Source: Oscillospiraceae bacterium
GTDB lineage: Bacteria; Bacillota; Clostridia; Oscillospirales; Acutalibacteraceae
Direction of reading: 5' to 3'
DNA length: 46,335 nucleotides
NCBI GenBank assembly: GCA_029013165.1
Contig: JAQXMV010000059.1
Location: 1-46,335, forward strand
Numbering within the stretch: the first letter of the stretch is position 1; every line of letters starts with the position of its first letter. Both the position numbers and the translations under genes were made by a program. Below, piece by piece: positions 24,980 through 34,108 of the stretch. The notes below the pieces were generated by a model, which was not told where the DNA came from, searched no databases, and saw nothing but the letters and a program-made list of their open reading frames with translations.

Positions 24980-27820
24980 GTGAAAGTTAAGATCAGCGTC
25001 ATTTTTGCGATTCACAGTGGCGGGATCAATCTGAAAAAGGCTTTGGATTCCGTGAAGTTTCAGAGCCTGAAAGACATTGAGGTCCTCATCGGAGACGCCA
25101 ACTGCGATGAAGCCACCGGGCAGATGCTAAGGTCATACTGTTCCGACAGTCGGTTCCAATATCTTCATTTTGACAGCGACAGTATTTCCGAGGCAAGAAA
25201 TCAATGCATCGAAGCGGCGCAGGGAAAGTATGTGGCTTTCGGAGAGAAGAATGTCATTTTTTCCAAAAATCTTCTGGAAAGTATGTTCAGTGCCGCGGAA
25301 AAAGAGAATGCCGATCTCTGCGTTGCCCATATGGCAAGCTCCGATATTTACGGCAAACATGAATTTACCAGCACGCGAACCATGTCCGGCAGAAAGATCA
25401 TTGATAAGTTTGACACCGATCTGATCTGGAATCCGGCGGTGACAAACAAGCTCTTTCTGAAAGAGAGAATCAGGCAGTCGGGTATTCGTTTCAGAGGCTA
25501 CGGCAAGGCCAGGGAGGCGGCTTTTTCCATTCCCTTTGCTTTCGGCAGCGGCGTGATTGTTACCTGCTCCAAGGGCGTGGTCAGCTATGTGAATCCCGTG
25601 GTCAACGAGGGCGTCTCCGCTTTTCCCATAGAGGATTATCTGGAAGCCTACGAATATATTATTTCCGAGGCCAAAGCGGCTTTTGACAGAGCCATTGAGG
25701 AGAGCGTCACAGACTTTGACCGCAAGGAACTGAAAAAGCAGATGGTGGTGTATATTGATCAGGTTTACCACAAGGAGATCACCGTGCTGCTTTACAGCTA
25801 TTACCGCCATATCTGGAGCCTGAGCGACGGCGAAATCGAAAAATATGCGGACACCGTTACGGCACTCGTGGCGGAGCTTTCCAAATCCGGAAAGAGAAGC
25901 CTGCTGAAAAAGAATAAGGATATTTTCTATGACGGCAGGCTGCTCAGAAGCCGAAGAGAAATAGCCGATCAGCCCAAGGTCACCGTCTGTATTCATCCGG
26001 GAGCCGAGGAAAACGGCTTCAGTGAGCAGAGCCTGGCTCAACAGGTGGAGTCGGTTTTCATGCAGACGATGCCGCGCTTTGAACTGCTGGTGGACGCCCG
26101 TCTGAAAAGTATCTTTCCTCAGAAATGGATTCATGCCGAAAATATTACTTTTATCCAGGCGGAAAATACGGGAGAATTCCGTGACCTTGCTCTGGAGAAG
26201 AGCCGAACGGACTACATAATGTTTCAGTCGGGTATCGCACGGCTCAATCCGAAAATCCTCATGCGTCATTATGCTCTCCTGGAGGGCAGGGACAAATACG
26301 GATTTACCACCTCACCGCTGACCCGTTTTGACGGCAATGAGGTCAGCGAGTATTCTTTCTCCGACCTCAGCTTTTATTCTGACATCAGCCAGACACGAAT
26401 CAAGCAGGAGGATAAGGCTTTCGCCCTGGATCTTTTCTTCTGTAACAAGCTCTTCAGAAAAGAACACCTGAAGGGAATCCACTTCTCCTTTTCCGATGAC
26501 TGCGTCATGGATATGTATAAGCTTTATTCCCATTCCCGATTCAAAAAGCTCTCTCACCGAGGTGCCTATCTGCCCTGCACGGAAGAACAGGCCATGGCCT
26601 ACCTGCGGGAAAAGGAAAACAGCCTTCCGACAAAGTGCCGGAATGTATACCGAAACTACAAAAAAATATATCTCAGACGGGTTCTTTTCAAAAAATACCG
26701 TGAAACAGTATCGGCATTTTTCCGTGGGATCAAAGCCGGTATCGCCGCGAAAATCATCGTGGTTCTGACGCTCTTTTACAGTCGTCAGAAGCTGAGAAAC
26801 CAGGCGTTTTTCTATTCCGCCAGAAAAGACGGCGCCTTTCTTGAAAACCTTGACGCCGTTTATTCGGCCTATGACGGGGAGAAAGTGGCGTATTGCCGCA
26901 GTAAGCCCCACTCTCTGGGCAAGATCATGAAAATCAGAAAGAATGTGCTTCGCAGCAAGGTCATTGTCACCGATGACTATATAGACTGTCTGCGCAGTCT
27001 GAGGCTTCGTCCCGAACAGAAAGTGATTCAGGTCTGGTATACCGGCGGTGCCTTTCGCCGCTTCGGTCTGGATTCGCCTTTTATCGGCTCCAGGCTTGAT
27101 GAATATAAAAGTCATTCCCAGTATAGCCATGTCTGCGTCTCTTCGGAATATGTGCGTCAGTTTTATGCTCACGCTTTCGGCGTGGATATGGAGGTTATCA
27201 CCGCCACGGGTACGCCGCGGACCGATCAGATCATCAGAGACTCAAAGCTGGGAGAAAAGCGCGAGGAAATCTGCAAAAAGCATCCGCTGCTTCGCAATAA
27301 AAAGGTCTATGTCTATTTTCCGACATACCGTGAAATTGACGGCAGTGTGACGGAATTTGACCCGAAAATCGACTGGAAAAAGCTCAATGACGATCTGGAC
27401 GATGATGAAGTTTTCGTCATCAGTCGCCATCCCTTTATGAAAGAGACCTACATCAAGGGTTGCTTCTATTCCAGGGTCAAGGATTATACCTTTGATCCCA
27501 CGGCGGAACTGATCGCCATTGCCGATGTGGTGATCACCGATTATTCTTCCATTGTTTTTGACGCTTCGCTCATGGGCAAGCCGATGGTCTTTTATGCGCC
27601 GGATTATGATGATTACAACGGAGAGTTTTATCTCAGCTATGAAAAGGATCTCCCCGGCGAAATTATTACGGATTCCGGCGATCTGCTGGCGGCTCTGAAG
27701 CGGGCGCCGCAGATCAGCTCAGCCGAAAAGATTCGGGAATTCCGGGATCGGGAGATGGGCGCCTGTGACGGCAGAGCCACCGAAAGAATCATCGGAATTA
27801 TCCGGGATAGTCTGAAATGA
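24980..27820 (+). CDS. 946-aa fusion: two GT-A(GT2)-like modules plus a C-terminal CDP-glycerol glycerophosphotransferase (TagF/TagB-like) domain
   Basis: GTG start follows GGAAAGGAG. The N-terminus has KISVIFAIHSGG...IEVLIGD (GT2-like). A second module starts at KVTVCIHPG. The C-terminus has TagF-family blocks VYVYFPTYRE, ITDYSSIVFDASLMGKPMVFYAPDYDDY. Confidence 0.8.
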   Translation: MKVKISVIFAIHSGGINLKKALDSVKFQSLKDIEVLIGDANCDEATGQMLRSYCSDSRFQYLHFDSDSISEARNQCIEAAQGKYVAFGEKNVIFSKNLLESMFSAAEKENADLCVAHMASSDIYGKHEFTSTRTMSGRKIIDKFDTDLIWNPAVTNKLFLKERIRQSGIRFRGYGKAREAAFSIPFAFGSGVIVTCSKGVVSYVNPVVNEGVSAFPIEDYLEAYEYIISEAKAAFDRAIEESVTDFDRKELKKQMVVYIDQVYHKEITVLLYSYYRHIWSLSDGEIEKYADTVTALVAELSKSGKRSLLKKNKDIFYDGRLLRSRREIADQPKVTVCIHPGAEENGFSEQSLAQQVESVFMQTMPRFELLVDARLKSIFPQKWIHAENITFIQAENTGEFRDLALEKSRTDYIMFQSGIARLNPKILMRHYALLEGRDKYGFTTSPLTRFDGNEVSEYSFSDLSFYSDISQTRIKQEDKAFALDLFFCNKLFRKEHLKGIHFSFSDDCVMDMYKLYSHSRFKKLSHRGAYLPCTEEQAMAYLREKENSLPTKCRNVYRNYKKIYLRRVLFKKYRETVSAFFRGIKAGIAAKIIVVLTLFYSRQKLRNQAFFYSARKDGAFLENLDAVYSAYDGEKVAYCRSKPHSLGKIMKIRKNVLRSKVIVTDDYIDCLRSLRLRPEQKVIQVWYTGGAFRRFGLDSPFIGSRLDEYKSHSQYSHVCVSSEYVRQFYAHAFGVDMEVITATGTPRTDQIIRDSKLGEKREEICKKHPLLRNKKVYVYFPTYREIDGSVTEFDPKIDWKKLNDDLDDDEVFVISRHPFMKETYIKGCFYSRVKDYTFDPTAELIAIADVVITDYSSIVFDASLMGKPMVFYAPDYDDYNGEFYLSYEKDLPGEIITDSGDLLAALKRAPQISSAEKIREFRDREMGACDGRATERIIGIIRDSLK

Positions 27821-27843
27821 GCCTGACTTTTGTCCATATAAAG

Positions 27844-27888
27844 AGCCGCGATAGGATTTTATGACTTACAATCCTATCGCGGCTTTGT
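27844..27888. terminator. Bidirectional terminator between convergent genes
   Basis: 15-bp perfect stem AGCCGCGATAGGATT (27844-27858) / AATCCTATCGCGGCT (27870-27884). Confidence 0.7.
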
Positions 27889-27928
27889 ATGAGAAAAGCT
27901 TTTTCGTGTGGGTATGCTCGGTTTGCGG

Positions 27929-29356
27929 TTACTTCTTTGTTCTGACCTTTTTCTCACCGCTGAACAAAATGGCGGCGCCGATACCCATGATCACGGCATA
28001 GATAATCAGATAAAAGAGAACCGGCATTTCAAATCTGCCCTCTGCTTTGGCTTCCATATAGGGATAAACGCCGTGAGCAAATATGGCGGCAATCACCATG
28101 AAAGCAGAGGTGACAATGGCGAGCGCAGGAACGATTTTGCCTTTCAAAAGGCCGAGATCCTTTTCCTTGCGGATCATGGAAATAAAAATGGGAATATACA
28201 TGGCATAAGTGGTGACGATGGGAAGCTCTGAGGAGTCAAAGGAAAACTTGCCGAACCAGGGGGCGTGACCCTCGATGGTGGTGATCACGGCACCGTAAAA
28301 ATACAGCAGCCAGGCCGAGGCAATGAGCAGAGAAAAGATGCCGGAATTGGCAGGCATATTGGATTCGGGATCAACGGGCCTGAAAAACCGGAGCGAGGGG
28401 ATATCCGAATGCATGGCGCAGGAATAAAGACCGCGCACATTGCCGAGCATGAGACCGTTAAGGGTACCGATGCAGGAAATCACGACGAAAACAAAAAGCA
28501 GGGTGCCGGCAAAGTTTGAGAACACGGCCGAAAAGGCCATTTTGGCGCCGGCTTCGCCGCCGGCCATCATTTCCTCATTGGTGATGCCGCCGGCAAGACC
28601 GATATAGTAAACAATATAGGTCAGCACAACCGTAATGGTTCCGGCAACGAGGGCGCGCGGAAGATTCCTTTTTGCGTCCTTGAGCTCCGCATTGATCGTG
28701 GTGGCGATGATCCAGCCCTCATAGGCGAAGCAGGTAGCAACGACAGCTTTGAAAAGCGCGCCCATGGTGTTGATATCATCGCGGACGACGGTGGTGAAAT
28801 TCTGCACCAGCATGCCGTCGGAAAGGCCCTTGATCGTTCCGACAACCGCCATGAGAAGCAGAGGGATCATCTTGATTATGGTAGTCGACACTTGAAATTT
28901 ACCCGAAAGAACCGGTGCCAGGGTGTTCATGGCGAAACTGGCGCACAGTAGGAAGCCTGCCAGAGCCAGACACTGACCTCCGGCAATGCTCCAGCCCATG
29001 AGGACGCAGATATACCGCGCGGAGATCCAGGCCAGAACCGATGTGAGAGTGGGGTAATAGAAGATTGCCATGAACCAGCCGATCATGAAAGCATATCTTT
29101 TGCCGACAACCGCCTCGGCGTAGTCGACCAGACCGTTGACCTTTTCGTGCTTCGTGGCGAGAAAAGAAAAGGCCAGCGCGCAGCTGATCATGACCAGACC
29201 GCCGATGACCCAGGCGAGAATGCCCAGGGGGAGATTGCCGCCGGTTTCCGTCAGAATTTTTTCGGCTTTAAAAAATACGCCGCTTCCGATAACGATTCCC
29301 ACGACCATGCAGATCGCAGTGGGCAGACCGTAACGCTTGTGAAGTTTGTTTGACAT
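27929..29356 (-). CDS. APC-superfamily amino-acid permease (about 12 TM)
   Basis: 475 aa, N-terminus MSNKLHKRYGLPTAICMVVGIVIGSGVFFK (APC signature region), hydrophobic throughout. The substrate cannot be inferred. Confidence 0.85.
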   Translation of the reverse strand: MSNKLHKRYGLPTAICMVVGIVIGSGVFFKAEKILTETGGNLPLGILAWVIGGLVMISCALAFSFLATKHEKVNGLVDYAEAVVGKRYAFMIGWFMAIFYYPTLTSVLAWISARYICVLMGWSIAGGQCLALAGFLLCASFAMNTLAPVLSGKFQVSTTIIKMIPLLLMAVVGTIKGLSDGMLVQNFTTVVRDDINTMGALFKAVVATCFAYEGWIIATTINAELKDAKRNLPRALVAGTITVVLTYIVYYIGLAGGITNEEMMAGGEAGAKMAFSAVFSNFAGTLLFVFVVISCIGTLNGLMLGNVRGLYSCAMHSDIPSLRFFRPVDPESNMPANSGIFSLLIASAWLLYFYGAVITTIEGHAPWFGKFSFDSSELPIVTTYAMYIPIFISMIRKEKDLGLLKGKIVPALAIVTSAFMVIAAIFAHGVYPYMEAKAEGRFEMPVLFYLIIYAVIMGIGAAILFSGEKKVRTKK

Positions 29357-29389
29357 GTGTTGTCCTCCGTCTAGTTTTTATTTTATTTC

Positions 29390-29418
29390 ATTATACTAAA
29401 AGTTTTTAAGATAGTCAA
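29390..29418 (-). promoter_or_regulatory. Promoter of the permease gene
   Basis: On the minus strand: TTGACT (29418-29413), 17-nt spacer, TATAAT (29395-29390). The 5' UTR is short (about 30 nt), leaving no room for a riboswitch. Confidence 0.55.
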
Positions 29419-29601
29419 TTATTTTCGTATACTTTTATGATTTTTTGTCGAGAAAATTCGCGCTTGCGAAATCGCGTTAAAGGGGACTTTCAAAAAAATT
29501 ATGAAGGAAATCCTGATATTATTGACTTCTTTTGAAAATCGTGATAAACTATAGGGGAAAAATTGGTATACTATATTCTCATTTCAGAGGAGTGTCAAAA
29601 T

Positions 29602-30921
29602 ATGAAAAAACTGATTTCGGTGATTTTAGCCTTTGTCATGGCGTTTTCCTGCTTCTCAGCGCTGCCGGCACTGGCCGCTGACGGTGACGCTGTGACCGAC
29701 GGAGGCTTCACTCTCGGAGACCTCATTGACCAGGAGGATTTTTCCAGGGCCCTGAATAACTTCAAGCCTATGGATGTGCCCGCTGAGGATTATACGGACA
29801 TTGACGAGATTTTAAATGCAAGTGATTCTGTTGAGTATAACAAGTTTATCAACGAGAGTATGTTTGGTCTTTCTGTTGATTTCCTTTATAACGATACGAC
29901 GGAGCTGCAGTGGAGAAATGTCAATATCAGCAAGGACGATCTTGCCCTGTGCAATGCCAACATCAATGTTTATCTCAAGAGAGTGATCAACCAGTATTAC
30001 GCCGGCTCAAAGCTCTTTACATCGGAAAATGCAACGAAGATCGCGAACTTCATCGGTCATCTGCTGTTCCCCAACTACCGTGATGTTACCATCGTATTCC
30101 CTGGCACAACAGCCGTCAATATTGAGGATTTCTACGGAAAAATCGTTGACGCTTGCGGTATGAGCGACCTTGTTCAGAAAAACTGGTGCGATAAGCCGTC
30201 GCTTAACATCAAGCCTCTGATGAGCGTTTTGGGTGTGAACCATAATAACATGCTTCCCAGTGAATACACCGACGGATATAGGCTCTCCAAAAAGATCGTC
30301 AGATATGCAGTGGAAAAGATCTTTAATGAAGGTCCTCTCAAGTATGTGATTGATCTGGTCTGGTCTTTTGCCCGTACCTATCATCTCTTCCTTTATGAGC
30401 CTATGGCGGCACTGCTGAATCTCAAGATCGTCGCCAGCGGTATTGATGCGGAAGAATTCCGCGACATGACAAAAATGGCAAATCTGCTGATCAACAACTG
30501 TAACACCGACGGCTCCTCTCCATCGGATACGCTTCAGATCGCGACGATGCCGCTGCGCCGCTTCGGCATGGCCAAGGATACAACAGAGGTATTCATGTAT
30601 CTGGTGATTTACTGCAACATCAATCTCAGACACAAGAATAACAACGCTATTCTTTCCACGGCAAAGGAAAATATACTCAGCCTGATACCCATGAATGCCG
30701 ATGAAAAGGCAAAGGTCGGCATGATTTATGACGGTCTGATTCTTGGCAATACGGCTGAACTGGTCTCCAATATGGGTACGATGTTCTCGGAGAATCTGAA
30801 CAATATTCCCAGTGATCTCTGGGACGGTCTGAAGAGAACCATCATCAAGTTCCTCGAGAGAATCACATATCTTTTCGATAACATCGTCAGAATCATTCTC
30901 GGCGAGAAAAACTTTGCCTGA
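29602..30921 (+). CDS. Secreted protein of unknown function (439 aa)
   Basis: GAGGAG RBS precedes the ATG at 29602. The signal peptide MKKLISVILAFVMAFSCFSALPALA/ADG is clear. No motif recognised. GC is lower than in neighbouring core genes. Confidence 0.7.
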   Translation: MKKLISVILAFVMAFSCFSALPALAADGDAVTDGGFTLGDLIDQEDFSRALNNFKPMDVPAEDYTDIDEILNASDSVEYNKFINESMFGLSVDFLYNDTTELQWRNVNISKDDLALCNANINVYLKRVINQYYAGSKLFTSENATKIANFIGHLLFPNYRDVTIVFPGTTAVNIEDFYGKIVDACGMSDLVQKNWCDKPSLNIKPLMSVLGVNHNNMLPSEYTDGYRLSKKIVRYAVEKIFNEGPLKYVIDLVWSFARTYHLFLYEPMAALLNLKIVASGIDAEEFRDMTKMANLLINNCNTDGSSPSDTLQIATMPLRRFGMAKDTTEVFMYLVIYCNINLRHKNNNAILSTAKENILSLIPMNADEKAKVGMIYDGLILGNTAELVSNMGTMFSENLNNIPSDLWDGLKRTIIKFLERITYLFDNIVRIILGEKNFA

Positions 30922-30952
30922 TTCTTTTCCGGTTAAGATTTTAGTTGAATAG

Positions 30953-30985
30953 GTGCAGCAGCCGAATGACTGCTGCACTTTTTCT
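30953..30985 (+). terminator. Intrinsic terminator
   Basis: GTGCAGCAG (30953-30961) / CTGCTGCAC (30970-30978) followed by TTTTTC. Confidence 0.75.
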
Positions 30986-31069
30986 TGTTGCTTTTTGCTT
31001 TTATCGGTTGAGTTTCGGAACTGATTGTGTTACAATAATCCCAACTATGTTTGTAACGGAGATGGTCTG

Positions 31070-32278
31070 ATGAAAATAGCGGTTATCGGCGCCGGTGCTT
31101 CGGGCCTGGCGTGTGCCGTCTCGGCGGCGTCCAAGGCGGCAGAGCAGGGGATCAAAGCCGATATTGTTCTTTTTGAGGCGGCTGACCGCGTGGGGAAGAA
31201 AATTCTTGTCACAGGGAACGGCCGCTGCAACATGATGAACCGTCATGACGCCGTGGAAAACTTTTCCTGCCCGGATTTTGTCTTGCCGGTGTTCAGCCGC
31301 TATACCGTTGAGGATAATCTCCGCTTTTTTGCCGGACTGGGACTTTACACGAGAACCGACAGCGAGGGCCGAATTTATCCCATGAGCAATCAGGCTTCAT
31401 CTGTGCTGGACGCTCTTCGCTTCGAGTGTGAGCGTCTGGGCGTTCAAACGCGGTGCGGCGCCGCCGTAAAAAAGATTTCCCCGTCGGGCGGAGGATTCCT
31501 TGTCGAATCTCAGAAATTTGACCGGGTGGTCATTGCCTGCGGCGGGAAAGCCGGCGTGAAGAATTTCTGCGGCTATGAGCTGCTGAAAGATCTCGGCCAC
31601 AGAATCGTCAAACCGCTTCCGTCATTGACAAAGCTGGCTGTGGAGCAGAGTGCTTTCACCGGCAGTCTGCAGGGCATCCGTCAAAAGGTTTCCATGAAGC
31701 TGCTCTCCGGCGGCCGTTTGATCTGCTGTGAACAGGGAGAGCTGCTTTTTACCAAATACGGTCTTTCCGGTATTGCGGTTATGCAGCTTTCGGCGCGGCT
31801 GACGAGGAGTCTCGAGAAAGATAAGGCGGAAATACTCTGTGATTTTGTGCCGGATATGGATTACGACCGATTAAGTATGGCTGTGGATCGTCTCATTGCC
31901 CATGACCCGGAACGCAAGTGCGAGAATCTTCTTTTGGGCTTTATGGCCAAGAAACTGGGTGCGGCGCTGGTGAAAAACTGCGACATATCGCCTGCAAGAA
32001 ATATCGGAAGTCTCAGTGAGGCGGAAAAGAAGCGGATTCTTTCCGCCTGCAAAAAGTTTCGCTTCTCCGTCACGGCAGTCCGGGGCTTCGAGGAAGCGCA
32101 GGTTACCAGCGGCGGTGCGGATATCCGTGAATTTGACAGCCGCAGTCTGATGTCCAAAAAGATTCCGGGGCTTTATTGTTGTGGCGAGATCCTTGATGTT
32201 GACGGCCTTTGCGGCGGATATAATCTTTGGTGGGCTTTCAGCTCAGGCCGCTGTGTGGGCGAAAGCCTGATGGACTGA
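31070..32278 (+). CDS. HI0933/BaiN-family FAD flavoprotein (NAD(P)/FAD-dependent oxidoreductase)
   Basis: MKIAVIGAGASGLACAV is the dinucleotide-binding motif. Family blocks ILVTGNGRCNMMN and the C-terminal VTSGGADIREF...LYCCGEILDVDGLCGGYNL are present. The start at 31070 follows GGAG. Confidence 0.85.
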   Translation: MKIAVIGAGASGLACAVSAASKAAEQGIKADIVLFEAADRVGKKILVTGNGRCNMMNRHDAVENFSCPDFVLPVFSRYTVEDNLRFFAGLGLYTRTDSEGRIYPMSNQASSVLDALRFECERLGVQTRCGAAVKKISPSGGGFLVESQKFDRVVIACGGKAGVKNFCGYELLKDLGHRIVKPLPSLTKLAVEQSAFTGSLQGIRQKVSMKLLSGGRLICCEQGELLFTKYGLSGIAVMQLSARLTRSLEKDKAEILCDFVPDMDYDRLSMAVDRLIAHDPERKCENLLLGFMAKKLGAALVKNCDISPARNIGSLSEAEKKRILSACKKFRFSVTAVRGFEEAQVTSGGADIREFDSRSLMSKKIPGLYCCGEILDVDGLCGGYNLWWAFSSGRCVGESLMD

Positions 32279-32337
32279 CACCGGCTTTGACTGCCGGAAT
32301 CATTCTTATGGACTTATGAAAGGCGTGGAACCAAACC

Positions 32338-33939
32338 ATGATCAGAATTAATGAAATCAAACAGAGCCTTGACGGCACCCGGGAGGATCTTTACGCGGCC
32401 TGCGCGAAAATTCTGCGCATCAGCCGCGCGGATATCAAATCTCTGACTTTAGCCAGGCAGAGCGTGGACAGCCGCAAAAAAGACGAGGAGGTCTTTTTCT
32501 GCTACAGTGTCGATGTGGAGGTCGACGGCGACGAGAGCCGGATTATCAAAAGAGCCGGTTCTTCCAAGGTCACTCATGTTGACCCCTATGTCTACACCCT
32601 GCCGGAGAACAAGCGTACCTCAAAGCTGACGCCGGTGGTGGTAGGCTTCGGCCCTGCTGGAATATTCGCCGCTCTGACCCTTGCCAGGGCCGGGCTCAAG
32701 CCTCTTGTGCTCGAAAGGGGCAGAGATGTCGACGCCAGAACACGGGATATCAATACATTCTTTACGCAGAAGATTCTGGACGAGACTTCCAATGTCCAGT
32801 TCGGAGAGGGCGGCGCCGGCACTTTTTCCGACGGCAAGCTGACAACGGGTATCAAGAATCCTCTTTGCCGCAAGGTCTTTCTGGAATTTTTTGACCACGG
32901 CGCGCCGGAGGAAATCCTCTATTCCGGTAAGCCCCACATTGGCACCGATAAGCTGGCGGCTGTGGTTAAAAGTATGCGTGAGGAGATCATCGCCCTTGGC
33001 GGTGAGGTGAAATTTGAAGCCAAGCTGACGGATTTGATTATCTATAACGGTTTCATTCAGGGAATTTCTTATATTCACGGGGGCAGACAGATTGATGTGG
33101 AGACAGACACGGTCATTTTAGCTGTAGGTCACTCGGCCAGGGATACAGTCAGAATGGTCTACTCCAAGGGCGTCAAGATGATGCAAAAGCCTTTTTCCGT
33201 CGGCGCCAGAATCGAGCATCCCAGAGAGCTGATTGACAGGGCGCAGTATGGTCCCTTTGCCGGACATAAGGTGCTGGGTGCGGCGGATTATAAGCTGGCC
33301 TGTCACGGTGAGCATGAGCGAGGCGCCTATACTTTTTGTATGTGTCCCGGCGGAACGGTGGTGGCCGCCGCGTCGGAAAAGGGCGGCGTGGTGGTCAACG
33401 GTATGAGTAAGTGGGCCCGTGACGGTGAAAACTCCAACTCGGCTCTGCTGGTCAATGTTTATCCGGAGGATTTTCCCGGTGACGATGTGCTCAGCGGTTT
33501 TGAACTGCAAAGACAGATGGAGCAGAAAGCCTTTGTCCTCGGTGGCGGAGATTATGCGGCTCCCTGTCAGCTTGTGGGAGATTTCCTGAACGAAAAAAAG
33601 TCGACGAGTCTTTCCTTTGTCCGACCCAGCTGTCCCACAGGCGTCACGCCCTCCGATATCAGAGAAGTTCTGCCGAAAAAGGTGACCGACACCATGGCGG
33701 AAGCCATCGTTAAGATGGATAAAAAGCTCAAGGGCTTTGCTTTGCCCGACGCCGTTCTGACGGCACCGGAAACCCGAAGTTCTTCTCCGGTGCGTATTCT
33801 GCGCGACGAGGTCTATCAGACCAATATCAGAGGCCTTTATCCCTGCGGCGAGGGAGCCGGTTACGCCGGCGGCATCGTCTCGGCAGGTGTGGACGGCATA
33901 CGCTGTGCCCACGCCGTGCTCGAGGACGAGAGATGGTAA
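32338..33939 (+). CDS. Uncharacterised FAD-dependent dehydrogenase (COG2509-like)
   Basis: 533 aa. VVVGFGPAGIFAAL is a GxGxxG motif, and the C-terminus has LYPCGEGAGYAGGIVSAGVDG, typical of this conserved family of unknown function. Confidence 0.85.
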   Translation: MIRINEIKQSLDGTREDLYAACAKILRISRADIKSLTLARQSVDSRKKDEEVFFCYSVDVEVDGDESRIIKRAGSSKVTHVDPYVYTLPENKRTSKLTPVVVGFGPAGIFAALTLARAGLKPLVLERGRDVDARTRDINTFFTQKILDETSNVQFGEGGAGTFSDGKLTTGIKNPLCRKVFLEFFDHGAPEEILYSGKPHIGTDKLAAVVKSMREEIIALGGEVKFEAKLTDLIIYNGFIQGISYIHGGRQIDVETDTVILAVGHSARDTVRMVYSKGVKMMQKPFSVGARIEHPRELIDRAQYGPFAGHKVLGAADYKLACHGEHERGAYTFCMCPGGTVVAAASEKGGVVVNGMSKWARDGENSNSALLVNVYPEDFPGDDVLSGFELQRQMEQKAFVLGGGDYAAPCQLVGDFLNEKKSTSLSFVRPSCPTGVTPSDIREVLPKKVTDTMAEAIVKMDKKLKGFALPDAVLTAPETRSSSPVRILRDEVYQTNIRGLYPCGEGAGYAGGIVSAGVDGIRCAHAVLEDERW

Positions 33940-33961
33940 GGCCGCGACAGGAGAGAAACCG

Positions 33962-34108
33962 ATGAAAAACAAAAACAATGCATGGCAAGGAATATTACTG
34001 GCGGTTCTCGGCGCCGGCATGATGGCTTTCGGGATATACCGCGGAGAAATGGCCGTTGTTTTGGCAAAGGCCGTGAAAATATGTTTGGAGTGTATAGGAA
34101 TTGGATAA
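33962..34108 (+). CDS. 48-aa membrane miniprotein with C-terminal CxxC (CD1871A-like family)
   Basis: The ATG at 33962 follows GAGAGAAAC. It encodes MKNKNNAWQGILLAVLGAGMMAFGIYRGEMAVVLAKAVKICLECIGIG: one TM helix, with CLEC at 34082-34093. The longer 73-aa track ORF (33887) overlaps the upstream gene and is rejected. Confidence 0.7.
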   Translation: MKNKNNAWQGILLAVLGAGMMAFGIYRGEMAVVLAKAVKICLECIGIG

